DNA from: Thermaceae bacterium
GTDB lineage: Bacteria; Deinococcota; Deinococci; Deinococcales; Marinithermaceae
Direction of reading: 5' to 3'
DNA: 64,000 bases
Assembly (NCBI GenBank): GCA_027061845.1
Contig: JAMOVS010000002.1
Span: 5,690-69,689, forward strand
The position numbers and the translations under genes were made by a program. Shown one piece after another: positions 25,124-34,622 of the stretch. Within the stretch, counting starts at the first letter, position 1. Each line of letters starts with the position of its first letter. The notes beneath the pieces were generated by a model, which had not been told where the DNA came from, ran no database searches, and saw nothing but the letters and a program-made list of their open reading frames with translations.

Positions 25124-25980
25124 TGCGCATCTTGGTGCACGGAGGGGCGGGCCGGATCGAGCCCGAGTGGGAGGAAGCGGTGCTTTCAGGCGTGAAGCGG
25201 GCCCGCGACGCCGGCTGGGCCGTGCTCGCCTCCGGCGGCAGCGCGCTGGAGGCGGCGGTCGAGGCGGTGCGGGTGCTGGAGGACGACCCCGCCTTCAACG
25301 CCGGGACCGGCAGCGCCCTGAACCGGCAGGGCTTCGTTGAGATGGACGCGGCGGTAATGATTGGCGAGGGCCTTCGCTTCGGCGGGGTGGCGGCGGTGCG
25401 GGATGTAAAAAACCCGATCCTCTTGGCCCGCGAGGTGATGGACTCGGAGCACATCCTGCTCTCGGGCGAGGGCGCGAGCCTCTTTGCCCGGGAGCGGGGC
25501 ATCCCCCGCCATCCGCCCGAGGCGCTCGTCACCGAGCGGGCGCTGGCCCGCTGGCAGAGGATCCGCCGCCAGGGCGGCCGCACCAGCGGCACCGTGGGGG
25601 CGGTGGCGCTGGATGCCCAGGGCAGGCTCGCGGCGGCCACCTCGACCGGTGGCATCGTGGATAAAAGGGTGGGCCGGGTCGGCGACACCCCGCTGGTGGG
25701 CGCCGGCACTTACGCCGAGGCCGGCCTGGGGGCGGCCAGCGCCACCGGCGAGGGCGAGTTCCTGGCCCGGGCGCTGGTCGCCTACCGGGCGGTCACCGCC
25801 CTGAAGACGCGCTCCCCCGAGAAGGCGGCGGACGAGGCGCTGGCCCTCGCCCGGGAGCTCGGCGGCCAGGGCGGCCTGATCCTGCTCGCCGCCGACGGCA
25901 GCTTTGCCGCCGTGCACACCAGCCCCCAGATGAGCCACGCCTGGCGGGGGCCGGAAGGGGAGGGGGCGGGGCTCGCGTGA
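25120..25980 (+). CDS. Isoaspartyl peptidase / L-asparaginase (Ntn hydrolase)
   Basis: Autoprocessing/nucleophile site GTVGAVALD, the GAGT region and typical length (286 aa). Confidence 0.88.
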   Translation: MMRILVHGGAGRIEPEWEEAVLSGVKRARDAGWAVLASGGSALEAAVEAVRVLEDDPAFNAGTGSALNRQGFVEMDAAVMIGEGLRFGGVAAVRDVKNPILLAREVMDSEHILLSGEGASLFARERGIPRHPPEALVTERALARWQRIRRQGGRTSGTVGAVALDAQGRLAAATSTGGIVDKRVGRVGDTPLVGAGTYAEAGLGAASATGEGEFLARALVAYRAVTALKTRSPEKAADEALALARELGGQGGLILLAADGSFAAVHTSPQMSHAWRGPEGEGAGLA

Positions 25981-26708
25981 AGCCGCTCGCCTACCTCCAC
26001 GCCGGCGAGGCCCCCTTCCTCGCCCCCCTGATCGGGGCGCTTTCGAGCCACGGGGTGCCGGTGGTGGCCGCCCAGCCGGGGGCGGCGCTGGCCGACGCCC
26101 TGCGCGGGCTCTGCCCGCTCGGCTTCGCCGGCGCCTGGATCGAGGGCGAGGCGCTCGCGGCCCAGGCCCGGGAGGTTCTCGGGCAGCTGGAGCCGGAGGC
26201 GCGGATGGCCGGTCGGGCAGACGCGGCGGTCTGCGGCTTCGCCGGGCCCCGGGGGCTTTTCCTCGCGCCCCGGGCGCTGGCCCGGGTCTTCGACCGCCAG
26301 GTCTACCCCGGCGTCCGCCTGCTCTGGGTCGGGGATCCCCGGCCCGAGCTCGCCCCCGGCCTGCGGGGGGCCCGGGAGGTCTCGATCTACGCCCCCACCC
26401 CGGCCGAGGGCGAGGCCTTCCTCGCCGCCCTGCCCGAGGCGCTAAGGGGGCGGGTGGCGGTGCGCCCCGACGAGGCCCGGGCGCTCGCTTCCCAGGCCGA
26501 TCTTCTGGTCTACGCCGGCGGCGCCCTTCCGCTCGAGCTGCTCTTTCCCTACCACAGCGTGCTGGCGCTTTCGCCGGTGCCCCGGTCGGTCTACCAGGCG
26601 GTGGAGCGGGTGCTCGAGCCCGAGTACTTCCACGCCGAGCGGCTCTTGCTCTTCGTGGAGGAGACGCTGGGGCTCACCCTCCCGCCGGAAGCGTTCTACG
26701 AACTATAG
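25977..26708 (+). CDS. Hypothetical protein with divergent shikimate dehydrogenase (AroE)-like layout
   Basis: 243 aa, GTGA-coupled to the upstream gene. The overall order of segments resembles AroE, but I cannot find the catalytic Lys/Asp or the GXGGXG motif. The functional call is weak. Confidence 0.45.
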   Translation: MKPLAYLHAGEAPFLAPLIGALSSHGVPVVAAQPGAALADALRGLCPLGFAGAWIEGEALAAQAREVLGQLEPEARMAGRADAAVCGFAGPRGLFLAPRALARVFDRQVYPGVRLLWVGDPRPELAPGLRGAREVSIYAPTPAEGEAFLAALPEALRGRVAVRPDEARALASQADLLVYAGGALPLELLFPYHSVLALSPVPRSVYQAVERVLEPEYFHAERLLLFVEETLGLTLPPEAFYEL

Positions 26709-26715
26709 TGAAGGC

Positions 26716-27498
26716 ATGCATCCCGACCCCGCCCGCATCCCCGGCGTGCTCGGCCGGATCGTGCGCGACCGGCTCCGCAGTGTCTTGGCGCGGGGGGCCG
26801 AGCCCTTTCCCTACGCCTACCCCGAGGTGCCCTCCTTCGCCGAGGCGCTCTTGGCGCCGGGGCTCTCGGTCATCGCCGAGATCAAGCGAAAGAGCCCGTC
26901 TATGGGGCAGATCGCCGAGCTCGACCCGGCGGCCACCGCCCGGGCCTACGCCGAGGCCGGGGCCCGGGCGGTCAGCGTGCTCACCGAGCCCGTCTACTTC
27001 GGCGGCAGCCTCGATGACCTGATCGCCGCCCGGACGGCGGGGCTCCCGCTGCTTTACAAGGACTTCGTGGTGCACCCGCGGCAGCTCGCCGAGGCCCGCG
27101 CCGCCGGAGCGTCGGCGGTGCTCTTGATCGCCTCGGTGCTCGGGGATTTGCTCGGGTTCTACCTGGAGCGGGCCGAGCGGCTGGGACTCGACGCGCTGGT
27201 CGAGGTGCACGACGAGGCCGAGCTCGAGCTGGCACTGGCCTCGGGGGCCCGCGTCATCGGGATCAACAACCGCGACCTGACGAGCCTCGAGGTCGACCTT
27301 GGGGTGGCCCCCCGCCTCGCCCGTCTGGCGCGAAAGATGGGCTTCGGCGGGGTGCTGGTCGCCGAGTCCGGCTACCGCCACCCGGAGGAGCTCGCCGCCG
27401 TCGCTCCCTACGTGGACGCGGTGCTGATCGGCACCCACCTCGCCGCCTCCGGCGACCCGGGCGAAGCCCTCCGCCGCCTGCTGCGGGTTTCCCGCTGA
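26716..27498 (+). CDS. trpC: Indole-3-glycerol phosphate synthase
   Basis: [31 protein letters not shown] and GINNRDL motifs. Confidence 0.92.
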   Translation: MHPDPARIPGVLGRIVRDRLRSVLARGAEPFPYAYPEVPSFAEALLAPGLSVIAEIKRKSPSMGQIAELDPAATARAYAEAGARAVSVLTEPVYFGGSLDDLIAARTAGLPLLYKDFVVHPRQLAEARAAGASAVLLIASVLGDLLGFYLERAERLGLDALVEVHDEAELELALASGARVIGINNRDLTSLEVDLGVAPRLARLARKMGFGGVLVAESGYRHPEELAAVAPYVDAVLIGTHLAASGDPGEALRRLLRVSR

Positions 27499-27532
27499 TA
27501 TAACGTTTTTTCGCTGGCTGCTAAAAGTAGCG

Positions 27533-27562
27533 TTGACGCGGGGCTTTTGCCCCGGTTATACT
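27533..27562 (+). promoter_or_regulatory. Sigma-70-type promoter of the liv/acyl-CoA-ligase operon
   Basis: TTGACG (27533-27538), an 18-nt spacer, then TATACT (27557-27562). It sits in the 100-nt gap after trp[13 protein letters not shown] precedes the TTG start at 27599. Confidence 0.5.
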
Positions 27563-27598
27563 CCCCCCAAACGCGTAGGGGAAAGCGAGGGGGAAGCC

Positions 27599-28363
27599 TT
27601 GGCGCAGCTTTCAGTTGAGAACGTCACCCTAGTCTTTGGAGGCCTTGCGGCGCTGAGCGCGGTCAGCCTGGAGGTGGAAAAGGGGGAGCTGGTCTCGATC
27701 ATCGGCCCCAACGGGGCGGGGAAGACGAGCCTTCTAAACTGCATCTCGGGCTTCTACCACCCCACCCGGGGCCGGATCCGCTTCGAGGACCACGACCTCA
27801 CCCGCGCCAGCCCCCACACGGCGACCCGCTACGGCATCGCCCGCGCCTTCCAGAACATCGAGCTCTTCTCCGGGCTCTCGGTGCTGGAAAACCTCCTGCT
27901 GGCCCGCTACACCCATCTGAACTACGGCCTCCTTCCCGCTGCCCTGTACTACGGACGGGCCCAGAACGCCGAGATCGAGGCCCGGCGGCAGGTGGAGGAG
28001 GTCATCGACTTCATGGAGCTCGAACCCTACCGCAAGGAGCTCGTCGGCAACCTTCCCTACGGGGTGCGCAAGCGCGTCGAGGTGGCCCGGGCGCTGGCGC
28101 TCGGGCCCAAGCTCCTCCTCCTCGACGAGCCGATGGCGGGGATGACGCTCGAGGAGAAGGAGGACATGGTCCGCTTCATCCTCGACATCCGCGCCGAGCG
28201 GGGGACGACGATCGTCCTGATCGAGCACGACCTGGGGGTGGTGATGGACATCTCCGACCGGGTCTACGTCCTCGACTTCGGCGAGGTCATCGCCGAGGGG
28301 CCGCCCGAGGAGGTGGCCCAGGACCCCCGGGTGCTCGAGGCCTACGTCGGAGGTGCCGCGTGA
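27599..28363 (+). CDS. livG: Branched-chain amino acid-type ABC transporter ATP-binding protein (LivG family)
   Basis: Walker A GPNGAGKTS, LivG-specific insertion, LSGG-like region (LPYGVRKRVEVARAL) and Walker B LLLLDEP. The TTG at 27599 is preferred over the ORF-track start at 27533, which lies in the promoter. Confidence 0.88.
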   Translation: MAQLSVENVTLVFGGLAALSAVSLEVEKGELVSIIGPNGAGKTSLLNCISGFYHPTRGRIRFEDHDLTRASPHTATRYGIARAFQNIELFSGLSVLENLLLARYTHLNYGLLPAALYYGRAQNAEIEARRQVEEVIDFMELEPYRKELVGNLPYGVRKRVEVARALALGPKLLLLDEPMAGMTLEEKEDMVRFILDIRAERGTTIVLIEHDLGVVMDISDRVYVLDFGEVIAEGPPEEVAQDPRVLEAYVGGAA

Positions 28364-30312
28364 AGGTCATGCGGCCTTCCTACGAGATGAAGCAGTACAC
28401 CCTCCCCCAGCTCCTGAAGCTCCGCGCCGAGCGGGAGGGGGAGCGGGTCGCCCTTAGGGAGAAGGACTTCGGCATCTGGAACGAGTACACCTACGCCGAC
28501 TACTACGCCACCGTCCGCGACTTCGGCCACGGCCTCCTGGCGCTTGGCTTCGAGCCCGGCGAGAAGTTCGCCATCCTGGCCGACAACATCCCCGAGTGGG
28601 TCTACGCCGAGCTCGCCGCCCAGGGACTCGGGGGGGTCTCGCTTGGGGTCTACCCCAGCTCGGTGCCCCCGGAGATCGCCTACGTCCTCGACTACACCGA
28701 CGCCGCCTTCGTTCTGGCCGAGGACCAGGAGCAGGTGGACAAGCTGCTCGAGATCCGGGACCAGATCCCAAAAGTCCGCAAGGTGATCTACGAGGACCCC
28801 CGGGGCATGCGGGGCTACCGCGCCGACGACTGGTTCCTCTCCTTCCAGGAGGTGCTCGAGCTCGGCCGCGAGCACCGGAAGAGGCACCCGCGCGCCTTCG
28901 AGGAGCGGCTGGCGGCGGGCAAGCCCGACGACGTCGCCCACTTCTCGCTGACCTCGGGCACCACCGGCAAGCCCAAGGCGGCGATGCTCTCCCACAAGAA
29001 CCTGATCCACATGGGGGTGGCGTTGCAGGAGGTCGACCCCTTGGAGCCCACCGACGACTACCTCTCCTTCCTGCCGCTCGCCTGGATCGGCGAGCAGATG
29101 ATGACCGTGGGCATGGGGCTTACCGGCGGCTTCGCGGTCAACTTTCCGGAGGAGGTCGAGACCGCCATGGCCGACCTCAAGGAGATCGGCCCCCACGTGA
29201 TGTTCAGCCCGCCCCGGGTCTGGGAGGGCATCCAGAGCCGGATCTGGGTGCAGATCAGCGAGTCCTACCGCTTCAACCGCTGGGTCTACGAGAAGCTCTT
29301 GAAGGTCGGCTACCGGGCCGCCGACTACCGCATGCGGGGGGAGTCCCCGCCCGTGGCCTTGAGGCTCGCCTACGCCCTGGCCCACTTCCTGCTCTTTAGG
29401 CCGCTCAAGGACCGGCTCGGGTTCTTGCGCCTGCGCCGGGCCTACACCGGCGGGGCGGCGCTCGGTCCCGACGTCTTCCGCTTCTTCCACGCGATCGGCG
29501 TCAACCTGAAGCAGATCTACGGCCAGACCGAGATCACCGGCATCGCCTACGTCCACCGCGACGGCGACGTCCGCTACGACACCGTGGGCAAGCCGATCCC
29601 CGGGACCGAGGTCGAGATCAGCGAGGAGGGGGAGATCCTCTCCCGCTCCGACGCCGTCTGTCTGGGGTACTACAAGCGGCCGGACGCCACCGCCGAGCTC
29701 CTCGAGGGCGGCTGGCTCCACTCCGGCGATGCCGGCTACCTCACCGAGGACGGCCACCTGGTGGTGATCGACCGGCTCTCCGACGTGATGCACACCGCCT
29801 CGGGCGAGATGTTCAGCCCCCAGTTCATCGAGAACAAGCTGAAGTTCTCCCCCTACATCAAGGAGGCGGTGGTCTTCGGCAACCAGCGCCCCTACCTCAC
29901 CGCTTTTCTGAACGTCGACCCTCAGACCGTGGGCAAGTGGGCCGAGGACCGGGGGCTCGCCTACACCACCTACATGGACCTCTCGCAAAAGCCCGAGGTG
30001 GCGGAGCTGATCAAGGCGGAGGTGGCCCGGGTCAACGAGGAGCTACCGGAGCCCCTTCGAATCCGCCGCTTCGTGCTCCTTTACAAGCTCCTCGACGCCG
30101 ACGACGACGAGCTCACCCGCACCGGTAAGGTGCGCCGCAAGTTCGTCCACGAGAAGTACGCCGACCTGGTCGAGGCGCTCTACGGCCAGGTCGACCGGGT
30201 CCCGGTGCGGGCGGTCTTCAAGTACCAGGACGGCTCGGAGCAGGCGGTGGAGACCGAGGTCCGGATCCACGACCTGGCGCCCGTGCCGGAGCCGGTGGGG
30301 GAGACGCGATGA
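28360..30312 (+). CDS. Long-chain-fatty-acid--CoA ligase (AMP-forming), embedded in the ABC operon
   Basis: AMP-binding signature LTSGTTGKPKAAMLSHKNL, YGQTE and GWLHSGDAGYLTEDGHLVVIDRLSDV. It overlaps livG (GTGA) and livH (ATGA). Confidence 0.85.
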   Translation: MKVMRPSYEMKQYTLPQLLKLRAEREGERVALREKDFGIWNEYTYADYYATVRDFGHGLLALGFEPGEKFAILADNIPEWVYAELAAQGLGGVSLGVYPSSVPPEIAYVLDYTDAAFVLAEDQEQVDKLLEIRDQIPKVRKVIYEDPRGMRGYRADDWFLSFQEVLELGREHRKRHPRAFEERLAAGKPDDVAHFSLTSGTTGKPKAAMLSHKNLIHMGVALQEVDPLEPTDDYLSFLPLAWIGEQMMTVGMGLTGGFAVNFPEEVETAMADLKEIGPHVMFSPPRVWEGIQSRIWVQISESYRFNRWVYEKLLKVGYRAADYRMRGESPPVALRLAYALAHFLLFRPLKDRLGFLRLRRAYTGGAALGPDVFRFFHAIGVNLKQIYGQTEITGIAYVHRDGDVRYDTVGKPIPGTEVEISEEGEILSRSDAVCLGYYKRPDATAELLEGGWLHSGDAGYLTEDGHLVVIDRLSDVMHTASGEMFSPQFIENKLKFSPYIKEAVVFGNQRPYLTAFLNVDPQTVGKWAEDRGLAYTTYMDLSQKPEVAELIKAEVARVNEELPEPLRIRRFVLLYKLLDADDDELTRTGKVRRKFVHEKYADLVEALYGQVDRVPVRAVFKYQDGSEQAVETEVRIHDLAPVPEPVGETR

Positions 30313-31202
30313 GCTACCTGTTGCAACTTCTGGTTTCGGGCTTGGTGGTGGGGTCGATCTACGCCCTGGCGGCGCTGGGGTTCGTGCTCATCTACAAGGC
30401 CAGCCGGGTGATCAACTTCGCCCACGGCCAGTTCATCGCCATCGGCGCCTTCACCGTCTACGCGCTGGTGGTCTACCTCAAGCTGAACGTCTGGCTGGCC
30501 TTCGGGCTCGCCCTGCTCTTTACCGCCCTGGTGGCCTTTTTGGTGGAAAAGCTCTTTTTGAAGCCGCTGGTGGGCCAGCCGATCATCAGCGTGATCATGG
30601 TGACGATCGGGCTGGCCTCGCTGCTCGACGGGCTGATCCACCTCACCCCCTTCGGCGGCGGCAACTTCTCGCTGCCCCGCTTCCTGCCCGAGGGCGGGGT
30701 GAGCTTTCTCGGGGTCTCGGTGAGCTACCCCCAGCTGCTGGCGGTGCTGCTCACCGCCCTCTTCCTCGCCGGCTTCGGCTGGTTCTTCCAGCGCTCCACC
30801 CTGGGGGCGGCGATGCGGGCGGTGGCCGACGACCAGATGGCGGCGATGAGCCTGGGGGTAAGCGTGGAGCACGTCTTCGCCCTGGCCTGGGCCGCCGCCG
30901 GGATCACCGCCGCCGCCGCCGGCTTCATCGTCGGCACCGTTTCCGGGATCAACCTCGAGAGCCTGGTGGCGATCGGGCTCAAGGTCTTCCCGGCGGTGAT
31001 CCTGGGGGGCCTCGACTCGATCCCCGGGGCGGTGATCGGGGGCATCGTCATCGGCATCCTGGAAAACCTGGCCACCGGCTACCTCGACCCGCTGGTGCCC
31101 GGCGGCGGCACCGCCGAGGTCTTCCCCTTCGTGGTGCTGCTTTTGGTGCTCTGGTTCAAGCCCCACGGGCTCTTCGGTACCGAGGAGATCGAACGGGTGT
31201 AG
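30309..31202 (+). CDS. livH: Branched-chain amino acid-type ABC transporter permease (LivH family)
   Basis: MSYLLQLLVSGLVVGSIYALAALGFVLIY N-terminus and 8 hydrophobic helices. Confidence 0.9.
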   Translation: MSYLLQLLVSGLVVGSIYALAALGFVLIYKASRVINFAHGQFIAIGAFTVYALVVYLKLNVWLAFGLALLFTALVAFLVEKLFLKPLVGQPIISVIMVTIGLASLLDGLIHLTPFGGGNFSLPRFLPEGGVSFLGVSVSYPQLLAVLLTALFLAGFGWFFQRSTLGAAMRAVADDQMAAMSLGVSVEHVFALAWAAAGITAAAAGFIVGTVSGINLESLVAIGLKVFPAVILGGLDSIPGAVIGGIVIGILENLATGYLDPLVPGGGTAEVFPFVVLLLVLWFKPHGLFGTEEIERV

Positions 31203-31211
31203 GAGGGCGCG

Positions 31212-32276
31212 ATGCGAAATCCCTGGGCCGAGACCGGCAACTACAAGACGAGTTACCGCCAGGACACCGCGATCTTCGCCACCTACCTGGAGATGCTCTC
31301 GCTCTGGGCGCTGGTCGCCCTTCTGCTGGTGCTGCCCTTCTTCTTGAAGCGGCCCCAGGTCTTCGTCCTGGACCTGATCCTGGTCTACTCGCTGGCGGTG
31401 CTGGGACTGAACATCACCACCGGCTACGCCGGGCTGATCAACATCGGCCAGGCGGCCTTCGTCGGGGTGGGGGCCTACACCGCCGCCCTGCTCGCCCCCT
31501 CGCTGCCGTTTTGGCTGACGGTGCCGATCGGCGGGCTCGCCGGCGCGGTGGCGGGCGGGATCGTCGGCATCCCCTCGCTCCGGATCAAGCACCTCTACCT
31601 GGCGATCGCCACCCTGGCCTTCCAGATCATCTTCGAGTGGACGGTGGGGCACTCGACGATCCTGAAGCAGGGGGGCGCGATCGCCATGCCCCGGGTCGAG
31701 TTCCTCGGCTACAAGGTGGGCTACAAGAACCACTACTACTTCTGGTACTACGTGATCCTCCTGGTGGTGGTGCTGCTCGCCTTCGCCTTTCGCAACCTGC
31801 TCCGGACCCGCTACGGCCGGGCGCTGGTGGCGGTGCGCGACAACGACCGCGCCGCCGACGCCATGGGCATGCACCCCGGCCTCACCAAGATCTTCGCCTT
31901 CGCCCTGGGCGGGTTTTACGCCGGGGTGGCGGGGGCGCTTTATGCCTACCTCTCCCGGGCGGTGGTGATCGAGGACTACATGCTGCCGGTCTCGATCAAG
32001 TTCTTGGCCATGGCGATCGTTGGGGGTCTGGGCTCGATCGTGGGGAGTTTTCTGGGCCCGGCCTTCCTGGTGCTGCTCGACCTCAACATGGAGGACCTGG
32101 CCAACTGGCTCAAGAGCCTGGGCCTTTCCTACGCGGGGGTGGACATCGCCTCCGCCATGCGGCCCCTGACCTTCGGGCTGGTGATCGTGCTCTTTCTGAT
32201 CTTCGAGCCCCGGGGGCTCGCCAACTGGTGGCGGCTGGTCCGGAACTTCTTCCGGAACTGGCCCTTCAAGTACTAG
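31212..32276 (+). CDS. livM: Branched-chain amino acid-type ABC transporter permease (LivM family)
   Basis: Polytopic membrane protein with GYAGLINIGQAAFVGVGAYT and VRDNDRAADAMG motifs. Confidence 0.9.
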   Translation: MRNPWAETGNYKTSYRQDTAIFATYLEMLSLWALVALLLVLPFFLKRPQVFVLDLILVYSLAVLGLNITTGYAGLINIGQAAFVGVGAYTAALLAPSLPFWLTVPIGGLAGAVAGGIVGIPSLRIKHLYLAIATLAFQIIFEWTVGHSTILKQGGAIAMPRVEFLGYKVGYKNHYYFWYYVILLVVVLLAFAFRNLLRTRYGRALVAVRDNDRAADAMGMHPGLTKIFAFALGGFYAGVAGALYAYLSRAVVIEDYMLPVSIKFLAMAIVGGLGSIVGSFLGPAFLVLLDLNMEDLANWLKSLGLSYAGVDIASAMRPLTFGLVIVLFLIFEPRGLANWWRLVRNFFRNWPFKY

Positions 32277-32281
32277 GCAGG

Positions 32282-32302
32282 AAGGTCCTTGGGGGCCTTT
32301 TT
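32282..32302 (+). terminator. Weak hairpin plus T-tract between livM and the substrate-binding protein gene
   Basis: AAGGTCC(32282-32288)/GGGCCTT(32293-32299), a 7-bp stem with one G-U pair and loop TTGG, followed by TTT. Confidence 0.35.
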
Positions 32303-32320
32303 GCGAAAGGGAGGTGAAGG

Positions 32321-33493
32321 ATGCGGAGACTGGGAGTCCTGATTTTGCTGGCCCTTAGCTTCGGTTTCGCCCAGAAGGTGCACCTGATGTGGTCGGGGGC
32401 GATCACCGGCCCCACCTCGGACGCCGGCAAGTACTACGCCCAGGGCGTCGAGGACTACTGCAAGTACGCCAACGAGGAGGGTTTGACCGGCGGGCTCACC
32501 ATCGTCTGCGAGACCCGCGACGACCAGTACAACAACGCCAACACCCAGCGGAACTTCGAGGAGGCCCTGGAGCGGGGCGACCCCGCCTTCCTGGGCTACT
32601 CCACCGGCGGCACCCTGCAGCTCAAGCCCCTGATCCAGGAGGTGGGCATGACCTACATCCCCGCCTCCTACCACATCGGCAACATCGATCCGCCCAACAA
32701 CGACTACGTCTTCCTGCCCATCGTCTCCTACTCCGAGCAGGTGATCGCGCTGCTCGAGTACATCGCCAAGGAGAAGCCCGGCGCCAAGGTGGCGCTGGCG
32801 GTGCACCCCTCGCCCTTCGGCCGGGCCCCGGTGCCCGACGCCAAGAAGGCGGCCAAGGAGCTCGGGATCGAGATCGTCGAGGTCCAGGAGATGGCCAAGG
32901 GCCTCGACTACACCGCCACCTTGAAGCGCTTCGCCAATAAGGGCGTCGAGTACATCGTCTACCAGAACGTCGCCGGCCCGGTGGCGACGATGATCAAGGA
33001 CGCGAAGAGGCTCGGGCTCAACATCAAGCACGCCGCCGCCCACTACGCCGGCGGCCCCGACCTCCTAAGGCTCGCCGGCGACGCCGCCGAGGGCGTGATC
33101 TGGGTGACCTCCTACTACATGCCCTACGAGGACGCCCCCGGCGCCGAGCTGGTGAAGAAGCTCGGGAAGCGCTACAACCGGCCCGCCGACACGCTGGAAA
33201 GCGTCCACTACCCCTCGGGGATGCTGGCGGCGGCGATCGCGATCGAGGCGATCAAGCGGGCCCACGCCGCCGGGAAGCCGGTGACCGGCGACGCCGGCCG
33301 GGCGGCGGTCTACGCCGAGATGCTGAAGCTCGGCTTCGACCCCGGCCTCGCCGTCGGCCCGGTGACCTACACCAAGGACGACCACGTCGGCGTGGATCAC
33401 ATGCGGGTGCTCGAGGCCAAGGGCGGCAAGTTCGTGCCCATCACCGAGCCCTTCCAGTCCAAGCTCTTCCGCAAGGTGCACTACGGGAAGTGA
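32321..33493 (+). CDS. ABC transporter periplasmic substrate-binding protein (LivK/type I PBP family)
   Basis: Signal peptide MRRLGVLILLALSFGFA and 390 aa with a type I periplasmic binding fold pattern, located within the liv-type operon. Confidence 0.85.
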   Translation: MRRLGVLILLALSFGFAQKVHLMWSGAITGPTSDAGKYYAQGVEDYCKYANEEGLTGGLTIVCETRDDQYNNANTQRNFEEALERGDPAFLGYSTGGTLQLKPLIQEVGMTYIPASYHIGNIDPPNNDYVFLPIVSYSEQVIALLEYIAKEKPGAKVALAVHPSPFGRAPVPDAKKAAKELGIEIVEVQEMAKGLDYTATLKRFANKGVEYIVYQNVAGPVATMIKDAKRLGLNIKHAAAHYAGGPDLLRLAGDAAEGVIWVTSYYMPYEDAPGAELVKKLGKRYNRPADTLESVHYPSGMLAAAIAIEAIKRAHAAGKPVTGDAGRAAVYAEMLKLGFDPGLAVGPVTYTKDDHVGVDHMRVLEAKGGKFVPITEPFQSKLFRKVHYGK

Positions 33494-33501
33494 GGCTTTT
33501 T

Positions 33502-33535
33502 GGGGGCGCGGCCCGCGCCGCGCCCCCCTTTTCTT
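33502..33535 (+). terminator. Strong intra-operon hairpin with T-tract after the substrate-binding protein gene
   Basis: Perfect 10-bp GC stem GGGGGCGCGG(33502-33511)/CCGCGCCCCC(33518-33527) with a 6-nt loop, followed by CTTTTCTT. The livF SD GGAGGG and ATG at 33545 follow immediately. Confidence 0.6.
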
Positions 33536-33544
33536 GGAGGGACG

Positions 33545-34375
33545 ATGCAAAAACGACCGGCGCGGCCCGAGGACCTCGGCCCGATCATGCTCGAGGTCAA
33601 CAACATCGAGGTCGTCTACCACGACGTCATCCAGGTGCTCCGGGGAGTCTCGCTCAAGGTGCCCAAGGGGCGGATCACCGCCCTTTTAGGTCCCAACGGG
33701 GCGGGGAAGACCACCACCCTGCGGGCGATCTCCGGGCTTTTGAAGCCGGAGTACGGCAAGGTGACCGACGGGCGGATCGTCTTCGAGGGCGAGAACCTCG
33801 CCAACCGGGGCCCGGAGGAGATCGTCCGCCTGGGGATCGTGCAGGTCCCCGAGGGACGGCGGGTCTTCAAGCACCTCACGGTGGAGGAGAACCTCCGCGT
33901 CGGTTCCTACATCCACTACGGCCGGCACGTGAAGGAGGACCTGGAGCGGATCTACCACTACTTCCCGAGGCTTTACGAGCTCCGGAACAAGCTCGCCGGC
34001 TACACCTCCGGCGGCGAGCAGCAGATGCTCGCGATCGGCCGGGCGCTGATGGCCCACCCCCGGCTCCTCCTCCTCGACGAGCCCTCGCTCGGGCTCGCGC
34101 CCCTTTTGGTGCGGGAGATCTTCGAGATCGTGCGCCAGATCAACGCCGAGGAGGGGGTCACCGTCTTGGTGGTGGAGCAAAACGCCCGCATCGCTCTCGG
34201 GGCCTCCGACTACGGCTACATCATGGAGCAGGGCCGGATCGTGCTCGAGGGCGACGCCGCCTACCTGGAGCAAAACCCCGACGTGCGCGAGTTCTACCTC
34301 GGGGTGGCGAAGACGGGCGGCCGCAAGTCCTTCAAGGAGGTCAAGGCCTACAAGCGCCGGAAGCGCTTCATGTAG
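33545..34375 (+). CDS. livF: Branched-chain amino acid-type ABC transporter ATP-binding protein (LivF family)
   Basis: Walker A GPNGAGKTT, signature SGGEQQML and Walker B LLLLDEP. The ATG at 33545 follows SD GGAGGG; the ORF-track start at 33500 would run through the hairpin. Confidence 0.88.
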   Translation: MQKRPARPEDLGPIMLEVNNIEVVYHDVIQVLRGVSLKVPKGRITALLGPNGAGKTTTLRAISGLLKPEYGKVTDGRIVFEGENLANRGPEEIVRLGIVQVPEGRRVFKHLTVEENLRVGSYIHYGRHVKEDLERIYHYFPRLYELRNKLAGYTSGGEQQMLAIGRALMAHPRLLLLDEPSLGLAPLLVREIFEIVRQINAEEGVTVLVVEQNARIALGASDYGYIMEQGRIVLEGDAAYLEQNPDVREFYLGVAKTGGRKSFKEVKAYKRRKRFM

Positions 34376-34389
34376 CCCGAAGCCGCGCG

Positions 34390-34418
34390 TTGACCGGATT
34401 TTTTCCTCGTGCTACCTT
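34390..34418 (+). promoter_or_regulatory. Putative promoter of the tRNA cluster
   Basis: TTGACC (34390-34395), a 17-nt spacer, then TACCTT (34413-34418), about 44 nt upstream of tRNA-Pro. Confidence 0.35.
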
Positions 34419-34461
34419 GATCTGGGAGTCGGAATCCCCCATCTCCGGCTTCCCGCCCGAT

Positions 34462-34538
34462 CGGGGCGTAGCGCAGTCCGGCAGCGCGCCTGCTTTGGGG
34501 GCAGGATGTCGCAGGTTCAAATCCTGCCGCCCCGACCA
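34462..34538 (+). tRNA. tRNA-Pro (anticodon TGG), CCA encoded
   Basis: Cloverleaf folded by hand: acceptor CGGGGCG/CGCCCCG, anticodon stem CCTGC/GCAGG with loop TTTGGGG, T-arm GCAGG-TTCAAAT-CCTGC, discriminator A plus CCA. Confidence 0.95.
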
Positions 34539-34541
34539 CAC

Positions 34542-34617
34542 GCGGGAGTAGCTCAGTTGGTAGAGCATCGGCCTTCCAAGCCGAGGGTCGCGGGTTCGAG
34601 TCCCGTCTCCCGCTCCA
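34542..34617 (+). tRNA. tRNA-Gly (anticodon TCC), CCA encoded
   Basis: Acceptor GCGGGAG/CTCCCGC, D-arm GCTC-AGTTGGTA-GAGC, anticodon loop CTTCCAA, T-arm GCGGG-TTCGAGT-CCCGT, then T plus CCA. Confidence 0.95.
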
Positions 34618-34622
34618 TTTTT

